Shown here: piece after piece, positions 45,924 through 58,215 of the stretch
Position numbering within the stretch: the first letter of the stretch is position 1
How the letters are laid out: the number at the start of each line of letters is the position of its first letter
DNA from: Cyanophora paradoxa CCMP329
Lineage: Eukaryota; Plantae; Glaucophyta
Direction: 5' to 3'
Assembly (NCBI GenBank): GCA_004431415.1
Contig: QPMI01000015.1
Coordinates: 310,001 to 374,000, forward strand
DNA: 64,000 nt
Position numbers and translations under genes: made by a program
Notes under the pieces: generated by a model
Told to the model about the DNA's origin: nothing
Seen by the model: only the letters and a program-made list of their open reading frames with translations
The model's database searches: none

Positions 45924-48900
45924 ATGGCACCGCACTTCGCTACAGCCCCGTCGCGCGGCGTGCCGGGCGTGACCGACCGGTGGATACCGCCTGCCTCGCC
46001 GCCGCGCCAGCTCGAGCGCCAGCCTGAGAGCGACGGACTGCACGGGGACAGAAAGAGGTCACGCAGCTCGTCGCGTCCACTTGAAGGGGAGCGCGGCAGA
46101 TCTAGATCCCGCCCGCGCGAAGGCCAGAACGAACCTTCGAGACGCTCGGTGCGCGACGCCGCTCGTATCTGAGCGGCGCAAACTGGATCTAAAGCTCACG
46201 TACGCGCTCGTTCTTCTCAGCGTTCTCGGCCTCGCGAGTCGCGGCATAGCCGCTCCCCTTCGCCTCGCGCACGATCGGCCTCGCGGCCGCGAGAGGCCTC
46301 CAGGCCGCGCGAAAGCTCGCGGCCGCGGCCCCCTTCGCAGCACTCGCAACGTCGAGATGCCGTGAGCCCCCCGGCATCCTCGAGCCGGCCGGGGATCGGG
46401 CGATCTCTCTCCCGGCCCGTCTCGCGCGGCCCCACGGAGGAGGCCCGGGTCCGGCCTCCTTCGCGGGGATACGTGGAGGAGTCTCGCAGTCGGCCCGCAT
46501 CGCGGGGGCCGCCGGTCGACGACGAAGGCCGGGGCCGGCCCTTGCCTCGGGGTCCGGAGGAGCGACCGCGGGGCCCGAGCCAGCCCAGGCCCCCGAGCCA
46601 GCCGCGGCCGCCGTCCCGGCCGGCCCCTCCGGAAGGAGATCGGAGGAGCCCGGGTCGCGGCGCCTCGCGTCCTCGGTCGCGAAGCCGCAGCCACAGCCGC
46701 AGCCGCAGCCGCAGCCCCGTCCGGAGCCGCTCGCGATCGCACGGGGCGCCGCGCACGCCGCGGCTGCGCCCGGCCGAGCGGGAGGCGCTCAGCGCGGCGG
46801 CGCAGGCCGCACGCGCCATCGAACGGAAGTTGAAGCGGCAGGGCTCGCCCGACTCGGGTCCGCGCAGATGCCCCCCGCCCCCGCCCCCGCCCCCGCTCAA
46901 CTGCGCGCAGGGGACGAGGCGCGGCGGCGGAAGCGGGCGGCGTCGTCGGGGCGGGACTCGGAGGCGGGGCGGAGCGTGGCGGGGGACGGTGAGGACTGCG
47001 TGGCCGTCATAGTCGGAGACGAGGACGGCGACGACTCGCCCCTCCCGCCCTCGCCGGTCTTCAAGCCGCGCCCGAGCGCCCCCAAGAAGCCCGCAGACGA
47101 CGAAGAGCCCCTGTGGCGGCCGGCCCCGCTCCGCCCGGGGGCCCCCGCCCGCTCCGCATCGCCCCCGCCCCACGCCCCGGGCTCCTCCGAGCCCGATCGC
47201 GCCAAGTCCCCCCCGGGCGTCGCCGAGGCGGCCGCCGCCCCTCCCCCCGCCGAGCTGCCCCCCGCCGCTTCCTCTTCTTCTTCCGCCCCTTCCGCCCCTT
47301 CCGCCCCCGCGCCGCCCCCGTGGGCGCGCAGCCCGCCGCCGCTGCCCTCGGCGCCGCCGCCGGGTTCGGGGGCGCCAGCGGCCACCTTCAGCAAGATGCT
47401 GCAGTCCGGGGGCGGGGCGGAGGCGCGCGCCCCCGGCGCATCAACCTCCGGCACCGGATCCGCCGGCAACAGCCCCGTACCCCTCCCAGGTGCGCTTCTC
47501 CCTCCCCTTCTTCACCCCATCTTCTCGCCCCGGTCCGACCGAGCGCGCGCAGTGGTGCCGAAGCCGTCGGCGTGCCCCGCGCCGAAGGCGGCGCCGAGCA
47601 CGGGCAAGGCGGCGTCCCTAGCGACGGCGGCGAGGGTGGCCGGCATCCCCACCATCACCTCCGTGGGCGTCAACTACTACGGGCCGCCCCCCGCCTACGA
47701 CTACTCCTCCTACTACGCCTACTACAGCATGTACTACGGCCAGCAGCCCGGCTGGGAGGCGCGCCGCGCCGTACCCCCCGCGACCCCTTTCCCCTCCTGA
47801 CAAGCGCGCAGGAGTACGCGAAGTACTACGCGCAGCAGTCGATGTCGGGCAAGGGCACCCCCAGCGCGGGCGGTCCCCCTCCCGCCCCGCCCGCGTCTGC
47901 GTCCTCCGCCCCCGCCCCCGCTCCCGCCCCCGCCCCGACCGCCGCCTCCGTCAAGTCTCCGCGCCAGCAGGCGCCGTCCGCCCCCCCTCCGCCTCCGCCC
48001 CCGCCGCCGCCCCCGGCGCAACCCCCCTCGGAGCACGCAACCGACCCCGCCCCGGCCGACGACGCCGCCGCGGCCGCTTCTGCGGCACCAGCAGCAGCGG
48101 CGGCAGCGGTAGAGACGGCGCCGTCCGCATTCGCCTCGGCCCCGCTCCCCGCCACCCCGCCTCCTGCCGCCCCGGCTCCAGAGCCCTACCACCCCGAGTT
48201 CCCCTCCGCGTTCGAAGGCGACGCCTCCGCCCCGCGGCCCGCCCCGCAGGGCAGCAGCATCAGCTCGTCCGAGGTCCGCCCAGCCGCGCGCCCCTTGCGC
48301 TCTTCGGGTGGCCCGCTCAAACGCGCCGCGCCGCGCAGCCGGCGACGGGCGAGGGTCACTACCCCGCGGAGCTCCCGCCGGCAGAGGTGGCGGCGGTCGA
48401 GATGGAGATGGAGGAGGAGGAGGAGCGCGGCGGCTGGCGCGAGGTGGTGGCGCGTTCAGACGACCCCTACGTCCGTCCTTCCGCCCTGCAGCTCACTCCC
48501 CCGCAGATCGCGCCGGCCGTGCCAGGGCCCGCCCCCCAGCCCGCAGCTCCTGAGCAGGAGAAGGCGGCGGAGGAGGGCGCGGGCCCGACGCAGGCCGAGG
48601 TGGCGCTGGCGGGCGAGGTGGCCCGCCTGGAGGCGGAGAACGCGCAGCTGCGCAGCGACCTCCGCCGCGCCCGCGAGGTCCGTACCCCCTTACACGAATC
48701 TCGGCCTGTCGGCGCCGGTCAGACGCGCGACCGCGCGCCTGCAGGACGGGGAGGCGGCGCGGCGCGAGCTGGACGCGCTGTGCGGGGCGGGGGACGCCTG
48801 CGGCGACCCGTACGGGTGCGCCCGGCGCCGTCCTTTAGCCGCCCGCCCGCGCGCACGCCCTTTCGGCGGCCTTTTTGACGGCCCGGCGCGCAGCGGGGCC

Positions 48901-49152
48901 GAGGAGGGGGCGGTCTCGCTGGACCGCCTGGAGGCCATCCACCTCTCCGGCATCGCCCGCGTCCTCGCCGCCCGCGTGCGCCGCCCCCGCCCCCGTACCC
49001 CCCCCCAAAAAAGCTTTCTTTTTCGGCGTGTTCTGATGCACGTACCCCCGCAGCGCGCGAACCACGAGGCGGACGTGGCACGTCTGACGGCGGCCGCGGC
49101 GGCCGCCGCCGCGGGGGCCGTGCCCCACCGCTCAGGCTCCGGCCCGCACTGA
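45924..49152 (+). CDS. Low-complexity RS/Pro-rich protein with Tyr-rich motif and C-terminal coiled coil; function unknown, possibly RNA processing
   Basis: RSRSRSHSRSRSRSP, YDYSSYYAYYSMYYGQQPGWE-EYAKYYAQQ and LEAENAQLRSDLRRARE, with plausible introns between blocks. Boundaries are approximate. Confidence 0.55.
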
Positions 49153-49262
49153 GGCGCCCCCGTCCCTTTCTCCTAAACGCAGTTATCGAACTAGCGCTGT
49201 GCGCGCTTTTACATAAAAACTTTCAAATGTGTCGTCGATGCTGCCCGAAGGATAGGAGGGGC

Positions 49263-50045
49263 TCACGAGTGGGGGTCGGCGGGCTGGCGGATGAGGCGGA
49301 GGCCGTGGGGCAGCGCGGTCATGACGGCGCCCAGGTTCTCCTTCACCGCCTTCGGGGAGCCTGCGGGGTACGTAGCTATCGTCAGCTGGGCTCGCGATCG
49401 GGCGCGGCGCGCGCGGGCGGCGGGCGAGGGCGCACCGGGCAGGTTGAGGATGAACGTCTCCTTGCGGATGCCCGCCGCGGGCCGGCTCAGGATCGCCATC
49501 GGGGTCGCCTGCGCATACACGCGTTCGTTTGAACGGAGAAACACGCAACCGCTTGAGAACGCTTCAGAGGCGCGCCTGCAGGCCGGCGTTGATCATCGCG
49601 ATGACGAAGCCTGGCGCTTCCCTGTCCAGCACGCCCTTCGTCGCCTCCGGCGTCTGGTCCCGCGGCTGCGCGCACTTGTCAGCTGCAGCTCCGCTTTCAA
49701 TGCGAAGCGCTGCGGAGGCCGGGGGCGCGCCGTGAAGCCCGTGCCGCCAGTTGTGAGGATCAAATCCAGCTTGTCGACGTCCGACCAGGCCACGAGCACC
49801 TCTTGTATGCGCTGCACATCGTCCGGGACGACAGCAGTGTGCACAACCTGCGCGAAGCGCGCGTACGCGCCTCGATGACAGAAACGAGCGCGCGGGACTC
49901 GGGATGCCCTGCGGACCTGGGCGCCCGGGAGCCCCTGCGTGATCAGCTCGACGCAGGCTGGCCCGCTCTTGTCCTCGGTCTCGCCTTTAGCTGTGCGATC
50001 GCTGATCGTAAGGACGCCGACTCGAAACCCGCCGGCGGCCGCCAT
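49263..50045 (-). CDS. CNX1G: Molybdopterin adenylyltransferase, stand-alone G-domain (MogA/CNX1G)
   Basis: VGVLTISDR...EDKSGP, VVPDD, DLILTTGGTGFT-PRDQTPEAT, AILSRPAAGIR, ILNLP-GSPKAVKENL; stop at 49263. Confidence 0.93.
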
Positions 50046-50852
50046 TCCTCTTTCTTCGCGTGCGCCTTCCTTCGGCGCTGCCTGAGGGCGAGCTTCGGTC
50101 GATCGAGCTGCCGATGATGATCTGCCGGGGCTGACCCTACACGGTTCGCGGTTCGCGTACCCGGCAGTCCAAGTCATCCACGGGACCGGTGCGACCAGCG
50201 CAGCGCAGCCGGGCCGGGGAGGGACGATCCGAGTCGCTCGTGCAGTCGAAGGACACCACAGGAAGAGTTTGTGAGCCTTTCGTGCCCAGGTGAATGCTGC
50301 GCTCCTTGAGCGAATGCGCGTGCGGTGGTTCTGGCCATGAGCGGCGTCGCCCGATGCGCTAGTCTGTTCTAGAAAGCTTGATCGTACGCATCGTGGAAGA
50401 TAGATATGCCGCCGCGCGCTCGGTCGACCGCGAACGCCATCCTGTCATCCGGCCAGTTAACGCGCCCGAAGCTCGAAGGCTGATAGATAGAAATATGACG
50501 TCGACAGCCAGACTCGTGCCGCGCGTTCGCGCGCCGCGCGCGCCTCCCCGGCGCTCTTACACGTCGCCCCGGCGCGCGCCGGCGCATGCGCAGGCCCCCA
50601 CGCGTACGGCCGCGACCGGTCATCACGCAACGTGCACGTGAGCAAGGTGCGCGTACGTGAGCGCGTACGCTTGCGAAGTTCGCGCAGATCTAGATCTAGC
50701 TCGCCGTCGAGCTCGATTGAGCGCTAGCCCGCGTTCAAATGGCGCGGGCGCCGGCGCGCGCGCAATTGCAATTGCAACTGCAAGGCGAAGGGCGGAGCTT
50801 AGAGTAAAAGGCTGTAAGTTGACTGCAATTGGCGCAGCAGATATCGATCGCG

Positions 50853-53800
50853 ATGTCGACGCCAGGGGCGCCCGCGCCGTCGCAAGGAGAAGGCCAAGGC
50901 CTCGCATCGAATTCGAACGGTGCAAGTTTGAAGTCAGCCGCTTCCAGCTCGCGATCGATGGCGACATCGAGCTCGCTGGCGGTCGCGGCCGTCGCTGGTG
51001 AGCGACTGCAGGCCCAAGCTTCAGTCGCCGCGGGTGGCCGTGGCATTTCATCCTGGCACATCGATATCAACCCACATCGACAATTGCAATTGCAAACTGC
51101 TCTTCATGATCATGATCATGATAGCAATCAGAGCACGTGCACGCCCCAGCGCGTTCACCCCGTCCCTCATGACGCCCTTTTGCATGCGCATGCGGTGCCC
51201 TCTTTGAAGAACATCATCGCGATCGATTGCACTTTAATCTAATTCTTCGATGTTGCAGGTATCAGGCACAAGCTCAAGGAGCCCTCATGGCCATGATCAC
51301 GGGCCCGCGGCCAAGCCAATGACATCTGATGTTAACGTTGCTGCTTCTGCTGCTACTGCCACTAACGTGCGAGATAAAACCTACTTCTGGTGGGGCTCCC
51401 GCTCAAAAAATGTCAGTGTCCCTTTTTCCTCTAGAAGTACTAGCTATATATATAGTGTCACTGGCTTATTGTTACTTGCAGTGTCGCACTCCGGCTGCTT
51501 CTAACGCAGAGGAGAGGAATCGGCTGCGAGACGTCTGCATCGTCGCTTGCCAGGAGCTCGACAAGCACGATGGACTCAGCAGCACGCGTACGATCTCAGA
51601 TGGGCTGCTTACGCACCCGCGCTCCGGTACGTATACGGTATTTCTATCGAAGCCTCTGTCCACGAATATTATATTCAAGCTTCTGCTGCTTCATTCACTT
51701 TCCCAACCAGATTACGAGGATCAGGCATTTGTTCGAGCAATCCGCGAGGGGCAGCTCGTTGTGGAGGAAGACGGAGATCCGTGGGATGCTGTGCGGCGCT
51801 TTCTCAAGACCATGGGCTCCGTGCCTCAGAACAGTTGGCAGAAACAACCACGCCTGCGGGAGCCTGGTCAAATTATTGGAATCTCAAAAAGGCCGAATGG
51901 GTATCAGGGCCGCTTTGTATGGCGGCGGCGCGAGGTGCAAGATTTCGTTGCTCAAAATTGTATATTTGAACCTTTGATCGCGTTCACGAGCTTGTCGTGC
52001 AGATGTCGACGACCTGCCGTCCTACGAGTGAAGCACGTTTAATTTGACTGTTTCATGATCATCATATATTATAACTAAAACATAAGCAATATTAATATTC
52101 TCATCTAACGCTTCGAATTGTGCGTAATACAGGAGGCCGTCAGGGCCCGGGACTGCCTCGCCATCATCTGCATGTTTGTCGATGAGAAGACTGGCTGGCA
52201 GCCCCGCCTGCGCGAAGAGATTCTGAACCACCCTCGCTCACGTGCGCCCAAACGCTGAAATTCTAAAGCAAATTAACTCTAAGCGCCATCTCCAGGGTAC
52301 GAGGGTGATCATGAGAGCTTCTACGCCGCCCTGCAACGGGGCAAGTTCAAAATCCCGACCAGCTCGAGCTCGTCACCCAATTCAGCCCAAGATCAAGTCG
52401 ACTTTCACGCTCTCGTTTATGCTTTCTTTGAGCGACATGGTGGGCCGCTGAAGCCGGTGGGGGTTTTTATTCAATTCAAATTTAGATTAAAACAATGTTT
52501 GTGTTTTTTTCTCTTTTTCTGGACTGACGCATTAGCAGTCCGGGGGATCCACGCGCACGTTAGGCGCACGATGTGACTCAAAAAAAACAGGAGCTAGCGC
52601 TGCAAACTGTATTCAAACGCCAAAAACGGGTTTGTTCGAGTATAAATCCGCGGGAGTAGCGCTGACCAATATAATCCTGACCGCAGAGTCGAAGCTCAAG
52701 GTTGCGAGTGCTTTGAAATCAAAGAGTCAGGGCGGGAGGCCTTCGACCACAGGCTTCAGGGGAATCCATCGCGATCGCAGATCACGCGGCGGCTTACGAG
52801 GATCATTCAAGTGGCGTGGTCAGACGTTCAAATTTGCATGTCCCTCCGCGTGCGACCCTGAGGTCAGTGCCAAAATTAATTTTATATTGTATATACGTAG
52901 CTCGATTGTTGCGGATTGAAGCCGTTGGTTTCAAATTCCCTATTTCTCAGGAAGCTGCTCGAATTCTTGACCGCTTCATCATCACCTGCCAGGAGCTGGA
53001 CAAGCTCACCAAACGGCCCCCGGAACAGCGTATCTCGGATTCGAAGTTGAACTTTCCTCGCGAGGGTGCGAGTTTGCAATTGATCGACATCATGAGCTGA
53101 CTTTAATTTGCACAGCTACAGCGATCTAGATCTCACAGCTTTTGGGGTTTCGCGCAGAGTATGCCAAGGAGGAATTCTTCGACCTTTTGCAGCGCGGGAA
53201 GCTGGCTGGGTATGTGAAGGAGCATGAGACCGCACCTGCAGCTGGTCATGAATTCGAAGAACTCGACAACCTGCGTGAGGCTGTGCGGCATTTTCTCAAG
53301 GATTGCGGGGTCATCAAAAGATTCGTTCGCAAGGTTCGCATACGTCTGTGCATGCGGTTTCGCGCAATTTGCAATCTGCCATAATGCTCTCCTCTCTCGA
53401 TCATGATCAGCGGACACGCGCTCGGAGCGACGCGGAAGAAGAGGAGGACAAGGAAGAGGACGAGGAAGAGGACGAGGACGAGGAGGACGAGGACGAGGAG
53501 GACGAGGACGAGGAGGACGAGGAGGAGGAGGACGAAAACGAGGACGGAGATGGGGACCGCATACGCGCTCGTTCTCGAGTGGGGCAGTCTGGCTACCACT
53601 GTGTCCTTCGGTTCAAGAAGCGATTCTGGCGCGGGAAGTTCATGTGGCGCCGTGAATACTTCTCTTCGGCATCTTCCCTCGATCCAAAGGTTTGCCGAAC
53701 GTCAACGCGATCTTTTGAAGTTTATACATTGCAGAACCTGTGGCGCTCTTGCGTCTGATTGCTTTCGCGCAGGACGCAGCCCAGTTCCGCGACCGGGCGA

Positions 53801-56800
53801 TCATCTGCTGCCAGTGGCTCGACAAGCACGAGGGGATCCCAGAAACGTCCCGCATTCCAGACGCCCAACTGAATTTCAAGCGTTCCAGTGCGCATGCATT
53901 CAAAGCTCAAGATCTGAATTAAATCTGCAGTCGCCTGTTAAATATAAGATTATGCACACATATTTTATATATTTCTGTATGCACACACGTCGTCAATCTC
54001 TATTGAATATGCTTCGAATGCGCAGAGTACGAAAAAGAGAAGTTTTACCTCGACCTGCACGCTGGGAAGCTGGAGGGTTACGTCGAGACTTCCGAAGACG
54101 CCAAAAGCTACCGCAAGAGGATACGCAAGTTCCTTGCCAACCGTGGAGCCTACCAAACACGCGCACGCGTGCGCCCGGCTCGGCTAGCGCTGCGCATCCA
54201 CATACGCATGCGGAACCTTGACATCAATGCTGACGCCCCTGCAGTCTACAGTCCAGCCTTCGACCGCGAGCAAGGACGAAGAATCGGGCGAACTCGAGGC
54301 GACTCAGGTCGACGAATGCGAGGATGATGAGGACGGTGATGGGGACGAGGAGGCTGGATCTTCGGCTGACGAGGCGGAATCTTCGGCTGACGAAGGTGAT
54401 CATGAACTGGGCCAACACATGTTGAATGCATGACGAAAATTAAATAATTTCCTCGTGCTTACTTGCGTGTCCGATCAAGATGAAATCATCTTCAAAGGAA
54501 TTCGGAGAGACAAGCGCGGCTTTCCAGGCTACTTTGCCTGGAGAGATATGCAGTTCTCAACGCCAGGAGTGTCCTCCACCATGGAGGTGCGCATCCTAGG
54601 CCTTTTAATTTGTGCAAACCCCTAGGCCTGCAGGCTTCTCTGCAATTTCCACCCTCGACTAACAGTGTCTACGGCAGGAAGCCGCACGGCTCCGTGACCG
54701 CCACATGGTCACATGTCAGTACCTCGACAAGGCGCAGCGCATCCGGCCCATACTTACGTGTGACTCAATGAACTTCCCCAAAAACGGTACGCATGCGATC
54801 TCTTGCGACACTTATCTTTACTTACTTAGCTTTCCTTATCTTCTAGCTAATAATATAATCTTCCCCGCGTGAGCAGACTACAAGGAAGAGCCGTTCTTCA
54901 AGGAGCTGCAGCGCGGGAAGCTGAAGGCGCCCAAGGGCAAGGCGACGTACGCGGCCGCCCGCTGCGTCCGCGAGTTCCTCGCCGAAATGGGAGTGGCCCC
55001 GTATCCAAAGGCGCGTCTGTACATGCACGCGTCTGTACATGCATGCATGTTTCTCGAACCTGCAAGTTTCAGATCGCGATCGCAATGCTGACGGCAGTTT
55101 GTTATAAATTACAGCGCCCCAAGGCCGCAGCGGTTGCCACACTGGGAGGCAGTGCACGCGCAGAGGACGAGGAATCATCGTCTGATGAGGAAAGTGATGA
55201 TGAGAGCTTCGCAGGCCACCAAAACAATCCCGAGGACGAAGCGACGGGTGTGTCAAGGCGATTTCGATGCCATTAATACTACTTCCTCGTCGAATGTGAA
55301 AACGTTATCCTAAGCTTCGGTTTGTTTGGCAGCGGCTATCAAGGCGCACTGGCGTGAGCTGCACAGTCGTGGAAAGGTGTGTGCATATGCATGTGATACT
55401 GTGCTTTAATTATATTAATACACTTGCTTGCACAGAAAATAGCGGATTCCGTGGTCAGGCTTGACGGACGATACTACGCGACTTTCTTCCTTGAGAACGA
55501 GAAGGCGCGCGATTAGATTCCTAGAATTTCCTCTTCCAAGGATTTTCTGACCCCCCGACGCCGCAGGCCATCTCGCCGCCACTGGCGTCGGTGGACGACG
55601 CGCTTCACTTCGTCGACCGCTGCCGCATCGCGTGGTGCGGCCCAGACGGCGAGCGCCGCTACGGAATGGAGATCAACATGGACATCGAAGGTCACCCTTT
55701 ATCTTTTGATGCGATATCCATCATGGCATGGCAATACATATATACACACTATCTGCTCCTGTTCGTGTCTTATCTCACGAGCCATGCCGGTGCCCCAACA
55801 GATTACACGTCGGAGGCGTGGTACCAGAGGCTCTTCGAGGGGCCGGAGGGGCAGCGGCCGAAGGTGGGAGACAACGACCCCGACTGGAATGCGGACCACG
55901 CGGCCGCCGTCCGGCGCACCGTCGCCTTCGTTGTCGAGGCCGAGCTCGAGGTGGAGTCCTTTTATGATATCTACATCTCTCTGACTGTTTAGGCCTAGGT
56001 CTCTTTGCATCTGTGCCCGGGTATTGCCTGTGCTGATTTGCTTTGTGCAGCTCCGTGCACGCGAGCAAAAGGATGCCGGCGCGGCCGCAGGGGGCGGGGT
56101 TGCGGGTGCACTGGCGGCCACAGCAGGCGAGGAAGGTGCAAGCTCTGGATCCGCGCCGGCGCTTCTGTCGGCCGCGGACAGTGGGGTTGCCGCAGCCGCC
56201 GGCGGCGATCGCGAGACGCATGAGCCAGCCCTGCGACCAGCCAAAAAGCAGAGACTTGCAGCCGTAGACGGCGACACCCCAACAGGCACTCAAGCCGCTG
56301 ACAAAGCCAAGGGCCGCGGCCGCGCTAGCGATCAACAGCCCGCAAAGAAGCAGAAGACAGCCGGCGCCGCTGCCGCGGGCACCAAACAGACGCCTCGCGC
56401 CTCTCCTGCAGCTGAAGCCGCCCCCTCTAGCCACAGAGAGGCAGCTGCAGCTGCAGCTGCAGCTGCTCCCAAGCCAGCCGCAGCGCCGATTAATCCCGCC
56501 CCGCCGGTGCCTCCCGTGGAGGCAGGGCCCCCTGCAGCTGCTCCTGTGCCTGTGCATGTGGCCAGCCCCGCGGTAGCCCCCGAAGCAGCCGGGCAGGCGG
56601 TCGCGAGCGCGAGCGGGCCTCCCGCCCCGAAGCACAACCCGAGCGCGGTGCGCCCAAGCCCCCTGAGTCCTCTGGATTTAAAGCGTCCAGTTCCAGTGCT
56701 GCAACACTTGCATTCCTGACCATAATCGTCTCTGCAGCTGCTCGAGTGGGAGGCGCCGGAGGTGCTCCAGTGGCTCGTCGAGCGGCTCGGCCTCAAGAAG

Positions 56801-57447
56801 CAGCCCCGGGCGTGCGCGTGCCGCCGCTCTCCACAACTAAATCTGATTAATTTATCGCATCGCGCTCGTCGCTTCGACGAATTCGTATATATCTTTGACG
56901 GCAAGCGCGCCTTTACGCAGGTGCCGAGTGCTGGGGCGGCTGGCGCTCACGGGCCGCATGCTCCTCATGCGCTCGGCGGCCGGCCTGCGGCCGCGGCTGA
57001 TGAAGAAGCTGGGGGAGGAGATCGCGGAGGGCGGCGCCGACACGAAGCTCGAAGACGTCCTCGAGGCCGCCTTTGAATTCCTCGACGACGAGGCGCGCGC
57101 GTGCTCACGCTCAAGCGCTAGCTAGCTAGCTATAGCCTAGATTTGATTTATGACCGTGCATGATTCCCCCTTCAAGGCTTGACCTTGGAAGCTATTAGTT
57201 TAGCTTCGAATTCCATCTGGCGCTTACGCTGAAATCGAATAGCTTTTAATCACGATCACTTAACATTAAATCACGACCGGTACCTCGATTAAATCCGGCG
57301 CTGGTATACGTACTGGACCGTTACCCCTAGCCATGATCAGTTGACGTTGCGGCGCAGGTCCGGATTCTGGTGGAGGAGGCAAAGGAGGCCGGCGGCGGGG
57401 CGGGTGCCAGCGAGGAGATCGCCCGCCTCTTCTCCCGCCGCGCCTAG
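50853..57447 (+). CDS. Large multi-exon protein with six tandem AP2-like modules, acidic linkers and a C-terminal SAM-like domain
   Basis: Six units resembling (G)FRG..R..G.F.WR....EAAR.RDR.II.CQ.LDK...LNFPR.xY..E.F...LQRGKL...VR.FL...G. The C-terminus reads LLEWEAPEVLQWLVERLGL...LTGRMLL. Splice phases are consistent wherever checked. Confidence 0.75.
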
Positions 57448-57599
57448 CCCCGGCCCCGGCCTAGGCCCAGGCCCGCCGCGAAGCGGTCGCGGCTGAAGCT
57501 GCAGCTTTTGTTTCGAATCAATATTCACAGCTTTGAAATCGAATCGCACGCCTGTGTGCAAGAAGAAATGAAATGGATATCACTTGTAATATAATTCGA

Positions 57600-58160
57600 A
57601 AATTCGCGCAATTCCGCATGCAAGATGGCGCTGAGCTCAGCGCTGAGCTCATGATCAACTACAACGCCTGCAATTATATGTTTCGTGCCTCTAGATCTGC
57701 TGATTGCGATGAGATCCTGTGTCCTTTCCGGGTCCTGTGATCATGATTGCGATCAGCAATTGGATCATGATCATCGGATCATGATTACCATCAATCGCAA
57801 CGGTTGAACGGTTGAACGGACCCTCAGGGCCTCGGAAATCATGTGCTCATGGATTTATGCAATCGGCTTCGAAAGCTCTCAATTGCAACTTTAATTAATC
57901 TGCTTTCAATGCGTATACGTAGCACCATTCTTTAGCTTGACTCTGCAGCACCTCTTGGCCTAGGGCCCCGGCCCGAGTCCTCCCCTCAGCCTGGCAGTGC
58001 ACCAGCAGGTCACTACACCACCACTGGGCCAGCAGCGGCACTGCGGCAGCAGCTCACTGTCTCACCCCCTACATGCATCACAGCTCATGCTGTGGTGCAC
58101 TGCGGCATGTAGAAGAGGGGCATTGCTGAAGAGAACCACCAAGTAAGTGATCATGATTAA
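57600..58160. repeat. Intergenic island with palindromic microsatellites and shared motifs
   Basis: GATCATGATC runs, AACGGTTGAACGGTTGAACGG and CCACTGGGCCA (58021). GCACTGCGGCA and GAAGAGAACCA are also present at 39040-39110. Confidence 0.5.
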
Positions 58161-58215
58161 ATTCTGCGATTCACCGCATCGATATCACACTCAGCGATCC
58201 AGAAGCTATTTCCAG

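Noticed and set aside
53430-53555. GAGGAC tandem repeat as an independent element
   Set aside because: It encodes an E/D-rich linker between AP2-like units 3 and 4.
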